Notes: generated by a model not told the origin, from the sequence alone. A DNA stretch of 64,000 bases from Chara braunii (GCA_003427395.1 BFEA01000031.1:1073218-1137217), one strand, 5' to 3'. Positions 13,546 through 28,320 are shown, numbered from the stretch's first letter. Translations and numbers: made by a program.

Positions 13546-13610
<65 letters not shown>

Positions 13611-15107
13611 GATTGAATCGAAGCAGAGAACCAGGGAGGAAGAAGGAGAACTCAGATCACACAGACAGTCTTAAGGGAGAACACTCGGCTATTCACCGTA
13701 GACTTAACTTTCTGAGAACCAACAGAAGAAGAGCTCGAAAAATCAAGGGGCATCGGCCTTCTGCTCTCTGATAATGACCCCTGGTCATGCAACCACTCGT
13801 ATGCACACGCTCTTCCCACCACTTAGGTACTGACGATCCCGGACGCCATATACCGACCTCCAACCCACAACGATCGTCACCCCGCCAACTCAGCTGCCGC
13901 ACCAAGTTGCCCAGATCCCGCAGATCATCGCGGCCATCCAACGCACAGTCGTGCATACACTGCAGTCAGCTTGTTAGGACTTTCCGACTCACTACTAGCA
14001 CATCACCTAGCCACGACTTCCCTGAAACTGGCACATGGGTTGAGATAGAGATTTTCGGGTGCGCTTGCGGGTTTTATAATTGCGAACTTGAAGAGGAGAG
14101 TAGAAGATGAAGAGTAGTTGGGTGAAGGTAGAAAGGGGTGAAGAGGGAGTTTGGGATAACCGCTTAAGGAAAGCCATATCGATCCACGTAGTAGCTTTCT
14201 TTGCAGCCAATCAGATCACCACGTTCGGGGAGTATCCTCCTTACACGACATCATCTGTCGACTTTGAATACCTTGAGGGAAGTCGGTATGGAGTTCCGGC
14301 GTGAGGATGAAGACGAGAAGAAGGGGTGAAGCATGCGAGAGAGGGATGAAAAACATGTACGGGTGAAGGAGAGAAGGCATGAAAGGGAGGAGGGTGAAGA
14401 TGGCATGGGTCCTAGCCGGAAGCAGGGAAAGCTTGCATGCATGGCGCCAATGTAGAAAAGAAAAAGGCACCAAAACAGTTACGTTCCATCCTAAAGCTAC
14501 TTGAAGATTGAGAAATTAAAATGCAATACTACACTGAGCACGAGAAAATCCTACATCTATCTAGCTGCCTGCCGAAAATTCACAGATCTTTCAAAGGTGG
14601 GTGCGGGAATATCCATATACAAAAAACAATATGTCGGCGAAAAAAGCATCCGTAAATCCCGGAATTTCCAACTGGGGCACAAAACTCCTACGTAAATGCA
14701 TGGACCGCCGAAAGGAAATTGCAGCGAAATAAAAAATAAACGTTGTTTTAGACGTGTGAGGGTCTGGTTGGCTCGGGATTTCATGCATTCGGGAAAGCGC
14801 TACCATAAGGACACCCCGAATTCTCGAGGATGACCCGGACACAGGAGAAATCACGGATATGTGGCCATTCCCCACTTGTCTCACATATAGCAGACTATAT
14901 GGGTGTCTACCACCCTTCTAATACCAATGCGACAACCCACCCTCCCCTGCCTAAGATGTGACCCTTCACCAGATTCACGCCCCAATCGACCCCCTCAATG
15001 GGGAAGAAGGGGTACCCCCCAAAAAAACAAGAGAAATCTGACTAGTCAGATCAACAAAAACTCGAGGCGTCAGAAGATCGTTTGGGTATGGAAGTTGGTA
15101 CATTACA
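12304..15107. mobile_element. LTR-like repeat, copy 1 (probable solo LTR)
   Basis: Begins TGTGACGTTCAACC and ends GGTACATTACA; flanks TTCCA/TTCCC match at 4 of 5 positions; colinear with 15897-18497 over more than 2 kb. Confidence 0.6.
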
Positions 15108-15896
15108 TTCCCCTTGGGCGCTACCATAGGGACACCCCAAATTCTCAAGAACGACCTGGACACAGAAGAGGTTACAAATATTATGTGGTAATTCCCCACC
15201 TGTCTCACATCTAGCAGACTATATATGTCTACCACCCTTCTACTATCAATGCGACAACCCACCCTCCCCTGCCTAAGATAAGACCCTTCCCCAGATTCAT
15301 GCCCCAATGGACCCCCTCAATGGGAACGCAGACAGGTACCAGCCTGGATGAAGCCCAACCCACAAGCATCGTAAGATAGACACGAGGCCCACCCTTGGGA
15401 ATCCTATATGCCTAACACCTAACGCTTACTACTACTCAAGGGGGGTTTAGAGAGCGGAGCCAGTCCAGCGCCCCGACAGTACAATGTAAGTATGAATTCT
15501 TGTAGGTGTACCATGAGGCAGGGAAACTACCACAGTACCCAAACACACCCATGAGTCATGACACACCCACAAAGCAGTGCATACGAACGAGGCGGTGTGC
15601 AGACAGGCCCACATGCTCTACACGAATTACTACCTACCGGGTCCTACCCTAATCTAGTCCCAAGACCTCTACCTAACCTACCTCCTCTACACCGCCCATG
15701 GTGAGTACACGCGACATGACCCAGAGATCATTAGACCAAACACTACACACAACCCACGCTCACACCCACACACACACATACACGCACACTCGTCGCACCA
15801 CCCCAAGGCTAACCACACAAACAACCCTCCCCCAAGGCCCTGCTACCAGCATATTACAACCATGGACTAAAACCATTGGGTGGTGCGCACTGCGCA

Positions 15897-18497
15897 TGTG
15901 ACGTTCAACCTCATGCCCTGTGCTGCCTTTTGGTCGGAATGATAACATATGCGGAACAGGCCCCGAAAGAACGGCAAAATGGGGTGTGCCAAGGATTTCT
16001 GGGGAAATTGAGTGTGGGGAGACTGGCGGAACTGGAATTCCCCGGGTGGTTCAAGTTTTAGTGAGAAATCGTCATAATAGCGAGGGAAAGAAAAATAGTG
16101 CGCTCAGCTTCCAAACGTTCGTTTAGTCCAAAAAGTAGCTTTGCACTTCCATACAGGCTATTCGACGTCTTTTTGAACGCAAAGGTGGGGCGGTACACAT
16201 GTGGGATCTTGTTTTCGAATTAAGTTTCGGCGCCGTTCGCTATAGAGTTCAGAATCCGACGTGGATGGCTTCAGCCTGGTCGCCCTTTCCTTGTGTTCGT
16301 CCTAGCCACATGTCCGATAATGGAACCCCCTTTCTCGATAATGCTCGGTGCGACGACAATCACTGCACAGTGTTGGGCCAATGAGGTGTCACCGCCATCC
16401 ACGGGATGACAATCAACTCGTTAAAAGGCAATAGCGATGAGTACGGGGGAAAATGAATATCGATAATGACAAAACCAACGTTTACGAATCCCGAGCACCT
16501 TGTTTCAAGAGGGAAATAGTAGCGTCGCCGATCTTAGAGACGATTTCTCGTACGTCCCACTCACATACACATGATTGTTCCTCGTTATACGGGAACGAGT
16601 GTGGCGAAGGTAGGGAAAATCGATGTCCATTCGGACCAGGGCAATCGGTTCACATGGCATAAGCACAGTCGATTGCATATATCTAATCAATCCTTTATTC
16701 GATCATAAAACAAACAGATATTACACTATGCATTATCTTTCATCGATTCGCCCAAACTGATCCAAGGCGCAAGTCCATTCAATCCAATCAGTCGAGAGAA
16801 TGGTCATCCTTCATTCGTGCGAGGAGTTAAGCATGCATCGAAGTGGCCACGTCAGATTATGAAATCATTCTCATTGTTGGGGTCACAACTCGATCGATGC
16901 ATATGTGTGAGAGATCACCCATGCATTAATCATTAGACACCGAGAGGGGTGGGATAAGATCTTCTGATCTTGTTGGTCTCTTTAGATTTAACGATATTCG
17001 TCCCCGCAAAATCCGATTGAATTCAACAAGCCGAGCATGACAGGACGTCAAGAGTTGGCATGGGCGAGAAAGTTATCAGAACATGCAGGCATTCATGAAG
17101 AAAATATCAAAAGAGAAAGAGAGAGAGAGGGGGAGGGGGGGAGGTGGTAAAGTCGAAGGAGACAGATGGAGGCGTAGCTTGACCAAAGAATGGGACTAAG
17201 AACAAGGAAGGAGTTGCCAGCACACAAATAAATCTGAGAACCAAAACCGGCAATCCGCCGTCAACTTAGTTTTCAACACGAGAAGAAGCGGAATCGAAGA
17301 TCAAGGCGCGTGCAAGCCTTCTGCTCTCTAACTCTGGCCTCATGTCATACAACCACTCATACACACACACACACCTTCCTTACCCTGGTACTGGCGATCC
17401 CAGCCGCCACATACCAACCTCCACACCATAGCGATCGTCACCCCACCGACTCATCTTGTACACCGGCTTGCCCAGATCCCTCAATTCGTCGCGGCCACCT
17501 AGCGTGCAGCCTCGCAAAACTACAGTCGGCTCGTTGGGACTTTTTGACTTGCTAGTTCACACACATCATCTAGCCACTACTTCCCGGAAGTTGGCAGGTG
17601 GGTTGAGAGAGTTTTCCAGATGCGCTTCTGGATTTTCTAGTCGCGAAGAGGGAGATAGACGATGGGAGGGAATGGTGCGGAGGTAGGAAGGGGCGAAGAG
17701 AGAGTTCGGATAAATTGTTTGAGGAAAGCCATATCGATCCCCGCAAGCTCCTTCGCAGCCAATCAGATTACAGCATGAGGTGAGTATCCTCCTTATACGA
17801 TGCCGACTCGAATATCTTGGGGGGGGATCGGTAGGGAGTTCCTGTACGGGGATGAGGGCAGGAAGAAGGAGAGCGTGAAATGTAGAGCGGGACCAAGATT
17901 TAGACGGAAAGGAGCGAGAGACAAGTGGGTAGGGAGAGGGGATGGGAAACAGTTATAGATGGAGGAAAAAAAGTGCGAAGAAGGGAGAGGCGAAGATGGC
18001 ATGGGGATAGCAGGAAGCGGGGGGAGGTTGCATACATGACACCAACACAAAAACAAAAAGACACCAAAACAATTATGTTTCGTCCATTCTAGCTCTAATA
18101 CTAATTCAAGATTGAGAAATTAAAAAACGATATCCATGCGAGAGATCAGACGCAAGAAAATTCTACGCCTATTCAAACTTACTGAAAATTCACAGAGGTT
18201 TCAAGGGCGAATTGGGAAGCACTAATTTGCAAGAATGGACACGCCAGCGGGAAGCGCGGCCATAAATCTTGGAATTCCCAACAGTCATTCAAAATTCATA
18301 GCGCACCCACTAAGGTGCGCGTAAGTCTTACGTAAATTCGTGGATCACCGAAGAAAAATCACGAAAAAGTCCTCAGAAAAAAAGAACAACAATTCTTGAA
18401 AAGTTCGAGGGTATTGTCGGTCATGGATTTCATACATACCGCCAACAAAACTCAGGGCTTCGAATGTTCGTTCGGGTACAGAAGTTGGTACGCCACA
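15897..18497. mobile_element. LTR-like repeat, copy 2
   Basis: Begins TGTGACGTTCAACC and ends GGTACGCCACA; diverged direct copy of 12304-15107; no target duplication seen. Confidence 0.6.
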
Positions 18498-19894
18498 TAT
18501 GTGACGTTCAGGGGGCTCCAAAATTATACTACCTCTTGATGGCATGCACGAAGATCAGAACGACTAGTTTACATAAGAAGGAGGATGGAGAGAAGAGGAA
18601 CCCAACACATCAATAAGCAGAGGAAAGCACTTGTCATCACATTGAAATGATATTTAAGTTAAGAAAGAAACATATGTTGGCGCCATCTTCAATTGCAATA
18701 CCCTTGTAAGGCTATTGTCGTCGTGTCCTACCGATAATCCTCCACAATTGCCAAAAAGGAGATCGGGACTCCGAGTGTCTGGTTGTCTTCCAGATGGCAT
18801 CGTCAAGGTTTAGTCGCTGGCCACTGCCGACTTACTTATGCTCTGCTCGATTGTAATTAACTAGGAGCGGTGCGGGACGTGGTCGGGGGCATTGCGATGG
18901 AAGCGGGGGAAAGTAATCGCAGGGTTCGTCATCGTGATCAACGGAATGGACGATTCGATGCACACGGGGGAATTGGTGATTGGGTCGAGGAAGAGAAATA
19001 AGGTATTCAACATAGAGAGTGGGGATCGTGCGCAGGGTATTATCACGCAGGGACTAATAATCTTCCACGACAGGGAAGGTAATGGAGATGATGCAATACA
19101 ACTTCATGTGGTTGTACTATCTCTATGCGACACTAAAGAGAAGAATATTGTGGGGGAAGGATGGAGCAACATGAGGACGGACTTCGCACAGCAGGCGGGC
19201 AAAACAGTGGCGATATATGAGTTGGTTAGTGAAGATGCGATAGTCGAGGGGGAATTCGACGTGGGGGAGAGGAGAGAAAGAAAGGTAATCAACAGGGTGG
19301 CGGAAAATGGGAAGCAGACAGAGCGTTCATGCGGGAAGGAGGACAGGGCCGAAGCGTGGAGGGGGCGGTAGAGGAGGGAGATGGTGAGCGAGACTGGTAG
19401 CGACGATGGGAGGATTTCGCTCCATCGTGGTGACTAGCTGCTTCTTGGGGCAGATCGGGATTCCACCCAGAATCCGATGTTATGGCCAATCACTAGCTTG
19501 ATGGCGCAGACTCGAGGTGTTGGAGTTGAGATAACTCCTCGGGCTGCTGTGTTGGCGGTCTATGAATCCCCCCCGGAGGCCGTCAAGCGCGGCGAGGTCC
19601 GTGGCCGTGGTCAGGTCCGCAACCCCGCGGACGTGTCCGCACGACCGCGCGACTTTGCGGCCGCATGGCGGCCAGTGGGGAGGGGGGTTGGGGGTTCGGG
19701 AAGTGCCAAGGGTTGGCGCAATCCCAGCCCCACCCCCCTCACAGAAACCAAAAAAAAAAAAAAAAAANNNNNNNNNNNNNNNNNNNNNNNNNNNNNNNNN
19801 NNNNNNNNNNNNNNNNNNNNNNNNNNNNNNNNNNAAGGAATTTGAAAAGAAGAAAAAAAAAAAAACAGCGCGTTTTTTTTTCCTTTTTCTTTTT

Positions 19895-20047
19895 CGTTGA
19901 TTGATTGATATATTGGTGGGGGCGGGGTCGCCCCCCCACCCCCCACCCCCCACACGCGCACGCACACAACACACACACACACAAATAGTATTGTATAATT
20001 CCATGTTCTAGCTGAAGATTCATTCAATTTTGCTTCTTTTTTTTTTG

Positions 20048-20080
<33 letters not shown>

Positions 20081-20235
20081 GGGGGAGGGGTCGCCCCACC
20101 CCCCCGCCACCCACCACACACGCACACACAGATATAGTATTGTATATGTCCATGTTCTAGCCGAAGATTCATTGGATTTTGCTTTTTTTTTTTCCATTGA
20201 TTGATTGATTGATTGGTGGGGAAGGGGTCGCCCCC
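19895..20235. repeat. ~150-bp tandem repeat, about 2.5 units, containing (TTGA)n
   Basis: ATAGTATTGTATA..CCATGTTCTAGC.GAAGATTCATT occurs twice; GGGGTCGCCCC occurs three times. Confidence 0.8.
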
Positions 20236-20236
20236 C

Positions 20237-20304
<68 letters not shown>

Positions 20305-20322
20305 CGCGCGCACATACACACA

Positions 20323-20358
<36 letters not shown>

Positions 20359-22099
20359 AATATTAATACGCCCCGGAAAAACAAAATACTTTTTTTTTCC
20401 ATTCCTTTATTGTTTTTTTATTACAAAAAAAAAATAGAAAAAAAAACTAAAAACGAAGAATACTTAGAAATGCCAACCAAAAATTCCCCCCCAAAATTTT
20501 TTGTTTTTTAAATTTAGTTTTCAATTTCTCTTTTCCACCTTTTCTGTTTTTTATTTTTTATAATTCTAAAACATGATCTGTTTCCAAAAAAAAAAATATG
20601 GGGTAGGGCTTGAAAATCTCTACAACCCCATTTTTTTTTTTTTTAACCATGATTTCTTCAAGAAAAATCTCGTAAATTCATGTCCGTGGCGCGGTTGAGG
20701 CCAGCTGCGGACATGAATATGGCCACCCTCCGAGCTCGACCCTGCGGACGCTTCCGCGGGTGTTTCATAGCTGGCGGCTCGTCTTCTTCTTCCTCACTCT
20801 CTGTGTGTTCTTCTTCTTCTTCGGTTGGATTTGGCCTCCTCTTCATCCTCTTCTTGCTCTCGATGGCTGGGGAGTGCTATCGGCTCACAATCATCGTTAG
20901 ACTGCACCTCCCCATTGTCGCCGCGAGCGATTCATAAATCTTCCACATCAGAGTTATCAAGGGAGATCTTGTGCAAGTCGAGGAAGTTTCACTCGGCTGG
21001 GTCATGTTGGGCCAGGAAATGTCTGACGACCTCCGTGTAGCTTGTTCAGATAATCGTTGGCGTTAGAGTCTGTTCCAAAGTTACAGGCTCCGTCTGATCC
21101 GGATCACTTGGATTGAAGGAGACGATGCTCAGAGGTAGATTGTCGACGATCTACGCCACGAAGACGAGGATCGCGTTGGCAACAGTCGCTCTCCCTCATG
21201 GTGCCGCCTCACCAGAAAGGAGACCCACAAGAAGTCCCATTGTATATGACGACCGCACTTGCGCCCGGGGAAGCATAGTCTCCTCCAGAGAGACCACTTC
21301 CCGTGCATGTACCGAGGTCAGAAAGCAGGTATGGTTGTCGAACGGATTTCAAGAGAGAGTAGAAGATCAGCCCAGGACGGCCAAAGAGTGGGAAGGTCAA
21401 AGGGAAGAGAGAAAGTGGAGAAGCGATTCATTGGCGAGGAGGATGGAAAGGACGAAAAGCAGTGAGTAGTGGCGCAGGAGGATTCGAGGTACTTCATCGC
21501 AGAGAGAAGTTGTTGATGCATTTTGTGTCCACCGCTTGTTCAATTGGTATGACCAACCGTTGCCGCCAATCGGTCACCAACTCACACCCCCACTCGTATA
21601 AATTTCCTATCACGTCACTCTGTCGACAAAGGCCGATTATGCAAAGATCACCGCTAAGCACGACAATCATTGTCACATCACTTTGCCCACGTCGCGAAAA
21701 ACACATAATCGATGCTTCTACCAGTATCACCGCAAAACCACGATGTGTCGAGATCGTTATTTCCACCGATGCAGACCTTGCTTGCCTGCTAAACAATTGC
21801 CCAAAGCGCAATAGATCAGGGTTAAGCCGAGAATGAGAAACTTGGGGAAATTACAGGGTCGGACGAGGTTGAAGAAGTCGCGCAAAGATGATTGCCTCAA
21901 GTGAGAAACTCGTGGCAATGGTTGTGAGCAATAAATATCATAAGAAGACGGGAGGGCAGGATCTTCGTCACAGCTAGAGAGGGATGGGAAGAGGGGGCAG
22001 GATAGTCGAGAGAAGGAAGAGGACGAAGGTAGGAAATATGGCGAACGATGTGAAGAGAGTTATGGCTTGCGCCCGTCTCACGAGCAATGTGCACATTAT

Positions 22100-25000
22100 T
22101 CACCCCCTTACAGATGAGTTCCATTACAAGAAAGCAGCCAAAAACTTGAAAGCGAGTTTCCGGTCACGTGCACATTTATGTAGCTGGATTAGGTCCCCTA
22201 ATTTATATTGAATTTGCGGACTCGCATTCCCATTCCGAGCCTCGTAACTACGGATCTGCCTATCGTGGGCCAATTCCGCCATTCTTTGTTTTTTACAGGT
22301 CAGTCTAAGAACTGCCTTTTCCATTCATTTGACGTACCTTTTGGCCTTAGCCTTGAGGGACGCATGCGTGTCTTTTCCTCGGGGTTCGATAGTTTTCAAG
22401 ACATCCTGGTTGATGACGCAAGGAATATTGTTGGTCTGTAGCTGAAAGGGGGTGAACCTTGTCACTTCATGAGGGGTGGCCCGATGAATTCCAATGATTT
22501 GGTACACTGTCTCGGGTCAGGGACCCATGTCATTAGCCGCTAGGTTCCGTCGTAGGGCGGTTTTAGTCATGCGATTCACATTTTCCGCGAGTCCATTGAA
22601 TTGGGAGACATGTGGAGCAGTGTGTCAGAGAGCGACACCTTTACGTGTTACTTGTTCCTCTACTTCAGCCCTAAACTCAGACCCTTTGTCGATTAAGATT
22701 TCTTCTGTATTTCGATGGGTATTGAGGAATCAATCGATGTAGGTGGCTATTTTCGAGGCCTTACGCGTTTTGCACGGGTATACTTCTATATATTTTGAAA
22801 AATGATAAATTAAAACCAATAAATCGAATATTCACAATGGCTATATATCTCGTATTCATGCTGACGTCTGAAAAGGACACTCTACTTCTGTCGGAACTAT
22901 AATATTTGGTCGGCGGATCGGTGCTCGATGTGCAACATAGAATAGACAGTTACCGACTACGTGTTTGACATCATCACGAATATTAAACCAATACCATCGA
23001 TTTCAATCGATAGTTACTTTTGTGGCACATATCGCAAAGTGAGTTGCCTTCTCCTCGTGAACGGATCGTGTCCAATCGTAGCGTTGAAACGGGTGCGGAA
23101 CCATCAACCTTAATCGTGATCCGTTTGTTTTCTGCTTCTCTAGATGGTCGTTGATCCATCGGTAGTCCCGAGATCTCTGGGTTGTTCAATATCTATCATG
23201 CTTATATGGCTATCCAGTGATTTGCCAGCTAACTTAATCAGCAAGACCTTTTCCGTCCAGACTTCCGCTCGTCGGAATTTCTCAACAAATTCGGGTCCGT
23301 TAGTTTTGGCGGCTTCAAATCGAGCTTTCGTAGAAACCTCATTTGTATGACACAGAGGACACCTCCGTTCTTTACTAATTGTTCGATATCGAATACATGT
23401 GCCATGCACTCGATTAACGCACGTGGCACAATCTACCCAACCCATAAATTCAAACTCATGGGGGAAGAAATCTACTTCATAACCCGTGAAATGCACGTGT
23501 AAAATTAACAGAATTTATCTCAAAGATCCGTAAAAAAGGAAGGGTCGAGACTTAAAGAGGGGGTGAAATGCTCAAAGAGAGAAGAAGGGGCAACCATCGC
23601 TTCTGGGTGAAGATTCAAACCTTCTGAAGGATCTCCACTTCACCGTACTTGGGCTCACCCTCTCGTTTAGGATCCTTCCATGGGGTCACTTCTTCATTTG
23701 TAGGTACTTTATCAGGCCGATGTCAAATCTTTCCGTATCGTTCTTGTCGTCGGCGACGGATGTCAAATTGCATGCTCCGCAACGTGGTAGACCATCGTCT
23801 CATCATACCCGATGTAATGGCTCAACTTCTTCATGGCCATGAGTGGCTCGTGATCTATAACCAACGCGAACTTTCGGTCGTAAAAATGCGCACGGAAATG
23901 ACTGATTCCCCACAATGTTGTAAACACATTCCCCCGCTGGCACAAAGTAGTTTCGTTTGCAGGTGGGTACGGTCTTGGAAGCATATTCCATCACGTACTC
24001 CTGTCCATTTGGTTTCATCTACTAGGTCTGGATCATTGAGATCGCCTCATGCTGTAAATCGGTGATGAGAATAAATTTTTTTTTTGGGTCCGACCTCATA
24101 AGCATAGGGGATGAAATCTGAGTCGCCTTGAGTTCTCGAAAGGGGTGATCACACAGGGGAGTCCAGATCAACGGCTGATCCTTTTCCGGCAGATTTGTGA
24201 GGGGTCCTGCAATTGCCGCAAAACCCTTAATCCCTTTGGTGTCTCCTTGCCAAGGAGGCAGGACCCGACTTCCAGCGGAGGGAGATTACTATATTAGGAT
24301 GTCGAAGAGGAAAGGATTGACATCAACAACGCCATTCCACATCCTGCTACGTTAATCCTCTGAAATCTAGAGTGATCAATGCTGACAGGCCTTTTCCAGA
24401 TAATCTTTCGATTCTTCTATCAAATTTTCCGATTTCTGATTGATTCTATTTCGTTTTGTAATAGAGACGCTGGACACGTTTTCCAGCATGTGATGCTCCC
24501 CACCAATAGATGCAGTCTCTCCTCAAGGTGCCAGCGGTGTGTGCTCTTACCAACACCACTAGCACTAGAGAGAGAGTTTGTATTAAAAAAAAAAAAAAAG
24601 TGAGCAAAATGGGCTCTATCGCGTCCCTCACCAATTCCACCTTTTGAGGTTCTGGCTGCAATCCCTTGTAACCACATGGCTCAGAAAGGAGATCTTCGTC
24701 AGGAAGATCTCCCATTTCTGATAACAACCTTGAAACCTGCGTCTTTCAACGCATGCAATGTTCACTCAATGTGTTGCACGTGCCCTTCGTAGGTGCTTGA
24801 GTACACCAGAATATCATTCATGTATACAATCACAAAGTAATTAATAATGCTTTGCACCAGCTACATTTTTCGCATGAAGTTCTAGAATATCATGTTCATT
24901 GCACGTTGAAAACGTAGCTTGTGCATTGCATATACCCATCAAGCATTGAATCCATTGCCACGTTCCTTTAAACCACCATTACCCCCGCCGTCATAAATTA

Positions 25001-28000
25001 GGGGGGACCGGTAGTGGAGGTCCATATGGGCTATCAGTATCACAGTGGGTGGAACGGGCGGAGTGGAAAAATTGAAAAATGCGTCGAAGTGACCCCGCGA
25101 TTTCTTTCGTGGTTAAAATGATTTTTATTTTTATTTTTCCCTATACAGATTGCGACAAAATCTACGGACCCTCGAATTTTCGGAGTCGTTGAGTCATCCT
25201 TTTGAGCGCAAAAAGTCGCGAAAGCTGGGTTACTGTTCCCGTTGGCCCATATATGTTTGAGTAGCAAAAATGGAAAATGCAACAAAATAGTACGGCGTTT
25301 ATTTCAAGGTCTTCGTTTTTTTTTCTCTCATTTTTTGGATATTGTTCCTGAAAAAATCATCACCTAATCTACAGGACCTCAAATTTTCAGATTTTTTGGT
25401 CAAATTTTCTGAGCGTGGAACAAATTCAACCTTCGCTCTAAAAAATTCTAGGACCGGACCAGCATGCGCCTGCCGGTCGTCACCCCCCCTAAGAACCCGG
25501 TCCGTAAGGCCAGGAAAGTCGACTTTAGGCTAGCGAGGCTAATGGTGGTTTAAAAAGAACCAATGTCGGTTTTGGGCGATCGTCCTTTTTGACGAGAAGG
25601 ACCAGAAGGTGATGGAAATCATGACGGATATCAAACTTGCTGAAAAGACACCCCCACCCTATAACATCCAATAACTCGTCAATCCGAGCAAGAGAGTAAA
25701 CATCTTTATTCGTGATATCGTTCAATTCTCGATAATCAATACAAATCCGGATTCCTCCCGTTTTGTTTGGTACAATCACCACCGGAAATGAGTAAGGCCC
25801 AATCGCTGGTTTGATCCACCCATTAGCTTCAAACTCCTTGACTTCCGTTTCCCATAATCAATTCCTGCTCGATTGCATTCGTCATACCAATGTCGTGATC
25901 ATGCACAGTCAATACAGCAACGTATCCATACAATACATCTTTCAAGAGCTTCTGTATTTCTTCAGGAACATGAGACGGGGCTATGACAATAGAATTAGTA
26001 CCGAAAATATTGAGTCAGATATTTAGACCAATCAAATTCATGCAGATGCATTTCTTCTATGCTGAAAAATATCGAATTGTTGGCCCTGACTACGAATACA
26101 GTGGCAAACAATTGTGGCTCTGCGGGACTGATCATTGAGTTTCTTTTCCTTCAGTATCAACCTCTTGTTCGTGGTACTCGACAAGATTTTGAATTGCGTC
26201 ATTTCTTTCATTAGATCTGGGTCCGCATCTTCCTGGATCAAACCTACCATTGCATTTTTCGTGAGCAACGACCGAGGCAGAGAGGTGGAAAAATCAAGAT
26301 ATTGCATCATCTGCTGTATCTCTTTCGTAGAGAAAGTGTACCCTTGTACGAAGTACAGAGGGGTTCCAAAAGGTCAGTCATATCTGCTATCTGCAATTTT
26401 GGTTCTTCGAGGAAGGAGGTCGCAAGGACCCGAGTCTTCGTAAGAGTGAGAAAGGACAACGAAGGGCAGAGAGTAGAGTTAGCCTTAATATTCTGAATGC
26501 TCAAACAGAAGGAGTGCGCAAATGGCAGCATCATACTAAACTTTTCCTTGACTTCCTGTACGAAGAGTCAAACTAACTCGTTCCACTCTTCATTACTTGG
26601 CATATGATCCAAGAGCTTCACGTAATCTCTCTTGTCATATTCACATTCCTCAGAATGGAGAGATTCTCCTATGCTTCCCTCCGACAAGTCGTCCTCGCCA
26701 TGTATCCCGATCATTCCTACCCGTACCACTTGATCTACCATCCCCCTGGATTTTGCAAGGGGCGCATGGAAATGCACAAGGGAACGGTTTGTGGTTTTCT
26801 TCTTCTGTGAGTAAGAACGAGGTGTTTAGAATTGAGACGCAACTGTGCGTCTGCAGCCATAGCCCAATGCAATCCTCTCAATACGGAATATGATTGCACA
26901 TCGATTACCAACGCATTTATCATGACATGCACTTGCCCAACCTTGACGGCCACATTTCTTATTATCCCTATGACGTTCATGGTTTTTTTTTTTTTTTTTT
27001 TTCAAAAACATCTACGGGAGCCTGTTGTTGGAAGTGATATGAGCATCCCCCAATAGTAGGCCCCTAGTGATAGATGGCTCCAATCTATTGGTGGGGAGCA
27101 GCACCTGCTGGAAATCGAGTCCAGCATGCCACTTACAGTACAGGAGCAGGTTATGTCAAACAGTCGTATCATGTGGAACAACATTGATTGCCCTCTTCAG
27201 AGAGGATTAACTGTCCGCGTATTTATAGGCAAGGTTACACCATCTGTATGACTCCAATTGCAACTGGTGAAACCCATACAGAATTACCTAAACACTTCTT
27301 AAACCCCCTCCCAGCCTACGGATGCTGGTGAGATTGAGGTCACCTGTCACCCTAAGATTGTATGTCGCATGAAGAAAAGAGAGTCAGCGAAGGGGACATC
27401 AGCAGCCTTTTCCCCTCCGCTTCGCATATCTGCCGAGATGATAGTTGTTGCAGCACGTGCCAAACGTTCGTGGTTTCCTCATCCACCGAGACGGAACTTC
27501 CCGGATAAGGGGAGAATGGAGTTTAATTGTCCAACCTTTCAAGCCGTGTCAAGTAAAAATGCCACAACAGATGATCCAATATCGATTAAGCCATTGGATG
27601 GTGTTCCCAACACCTCACAATCACATTCTCCACGTTTCCAGAGTACTGACCTGATGCAGATAAAGTGATTGTTTTCCTTATATGTAATTGTTCTCACGCA
27701 AGTGGTCTCAGATACTTTGTGTTTATATCCGAATGATCAATGACAGCTATTGGGCTGGATGGAGAAGGTGTTGATTCCGCCATCTCTTCCTTCTTCTTCA
27801 GCGTTCGTATTCACACTGATAGGTGAATCATTTCTGGTTCTTCTGACATTGTTGTTGGAGTTTATCGTTTGCAGTCTCTGAAATGGTTAAGAGATGACCA
27901 ACTGGGACAAGAAGTTTAATATCTAATCTTTCAACGTTCGCAAGACATCGATCTCCCTTGTCCGAAACTGAGGATCAGGTTCTGATTCGCATTCCACCCA

Positions 28001-28320
28001 TTCGAGATCATCTTTACCAGGCCGAATAGCTTCGATCAAGCCTGCCAACTGGAGGTACTCGGTTGGATCGACGACATCTGCAGCTTCAAAGGAAGCCCCC
28101 AAAGTCAACGCGGTTGTTTCTGAAGACATAGGACGGAGTGGAGAATGAGAATTATCCCCTCGTTCTCTTGTTCCTTCAAGTAGCATAGCTACCCGTCCGT
28201 GATTGATGGCCACAGACACCATTGCGGGAGGAGGTTGATTCCGTCTTGGAAGGGGGCAATCTCGAGCGAAGTGTCCAGGCTGCTTGCAGTTATAACACTC
28301 CACTCTACCTGAAAGAACGA
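22100..28320 (-). pseudogene. Highly decayed Ty3/Gypsy gag-pol
   Basis: Minus-strand domain order: CCHC knuckle CYNCKQPGHFARDC (28256-28297); protease-like region (~26.9 kb); RT IRICIDYRELNDIT and VIVYMNDILVYS (25.8-24.75 kb); RNase H EYASKT and FALVIDHEPL (~23.9 kb); integrase DKGSEF, NGLAENVNR, TPHEVTRFTPFQL (22.3-22.8 kb). Many stops and frameshifts; it may be a composite of several elements. Confidence 0.8.
24972..25549. mobile_element. Non-autonomous TIR element with TTAA target duplication, inside a Gypsy RT
   Basis: TIR ACCACCATTA, continuing imperfectly; TTAA on both sides. Excision rejoins minus-strand RT as LVLFKGTWQWIQCLMGICNAQATF. Confidence 0.88.

Noticed and set aside
18860-19490. 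Possible Gypsy gag-protease remnant on the minus strand
   Set aside because: There is only a weak resemblance (IASSLTNSYI) without the catalytic Asp, too degenerate to call.
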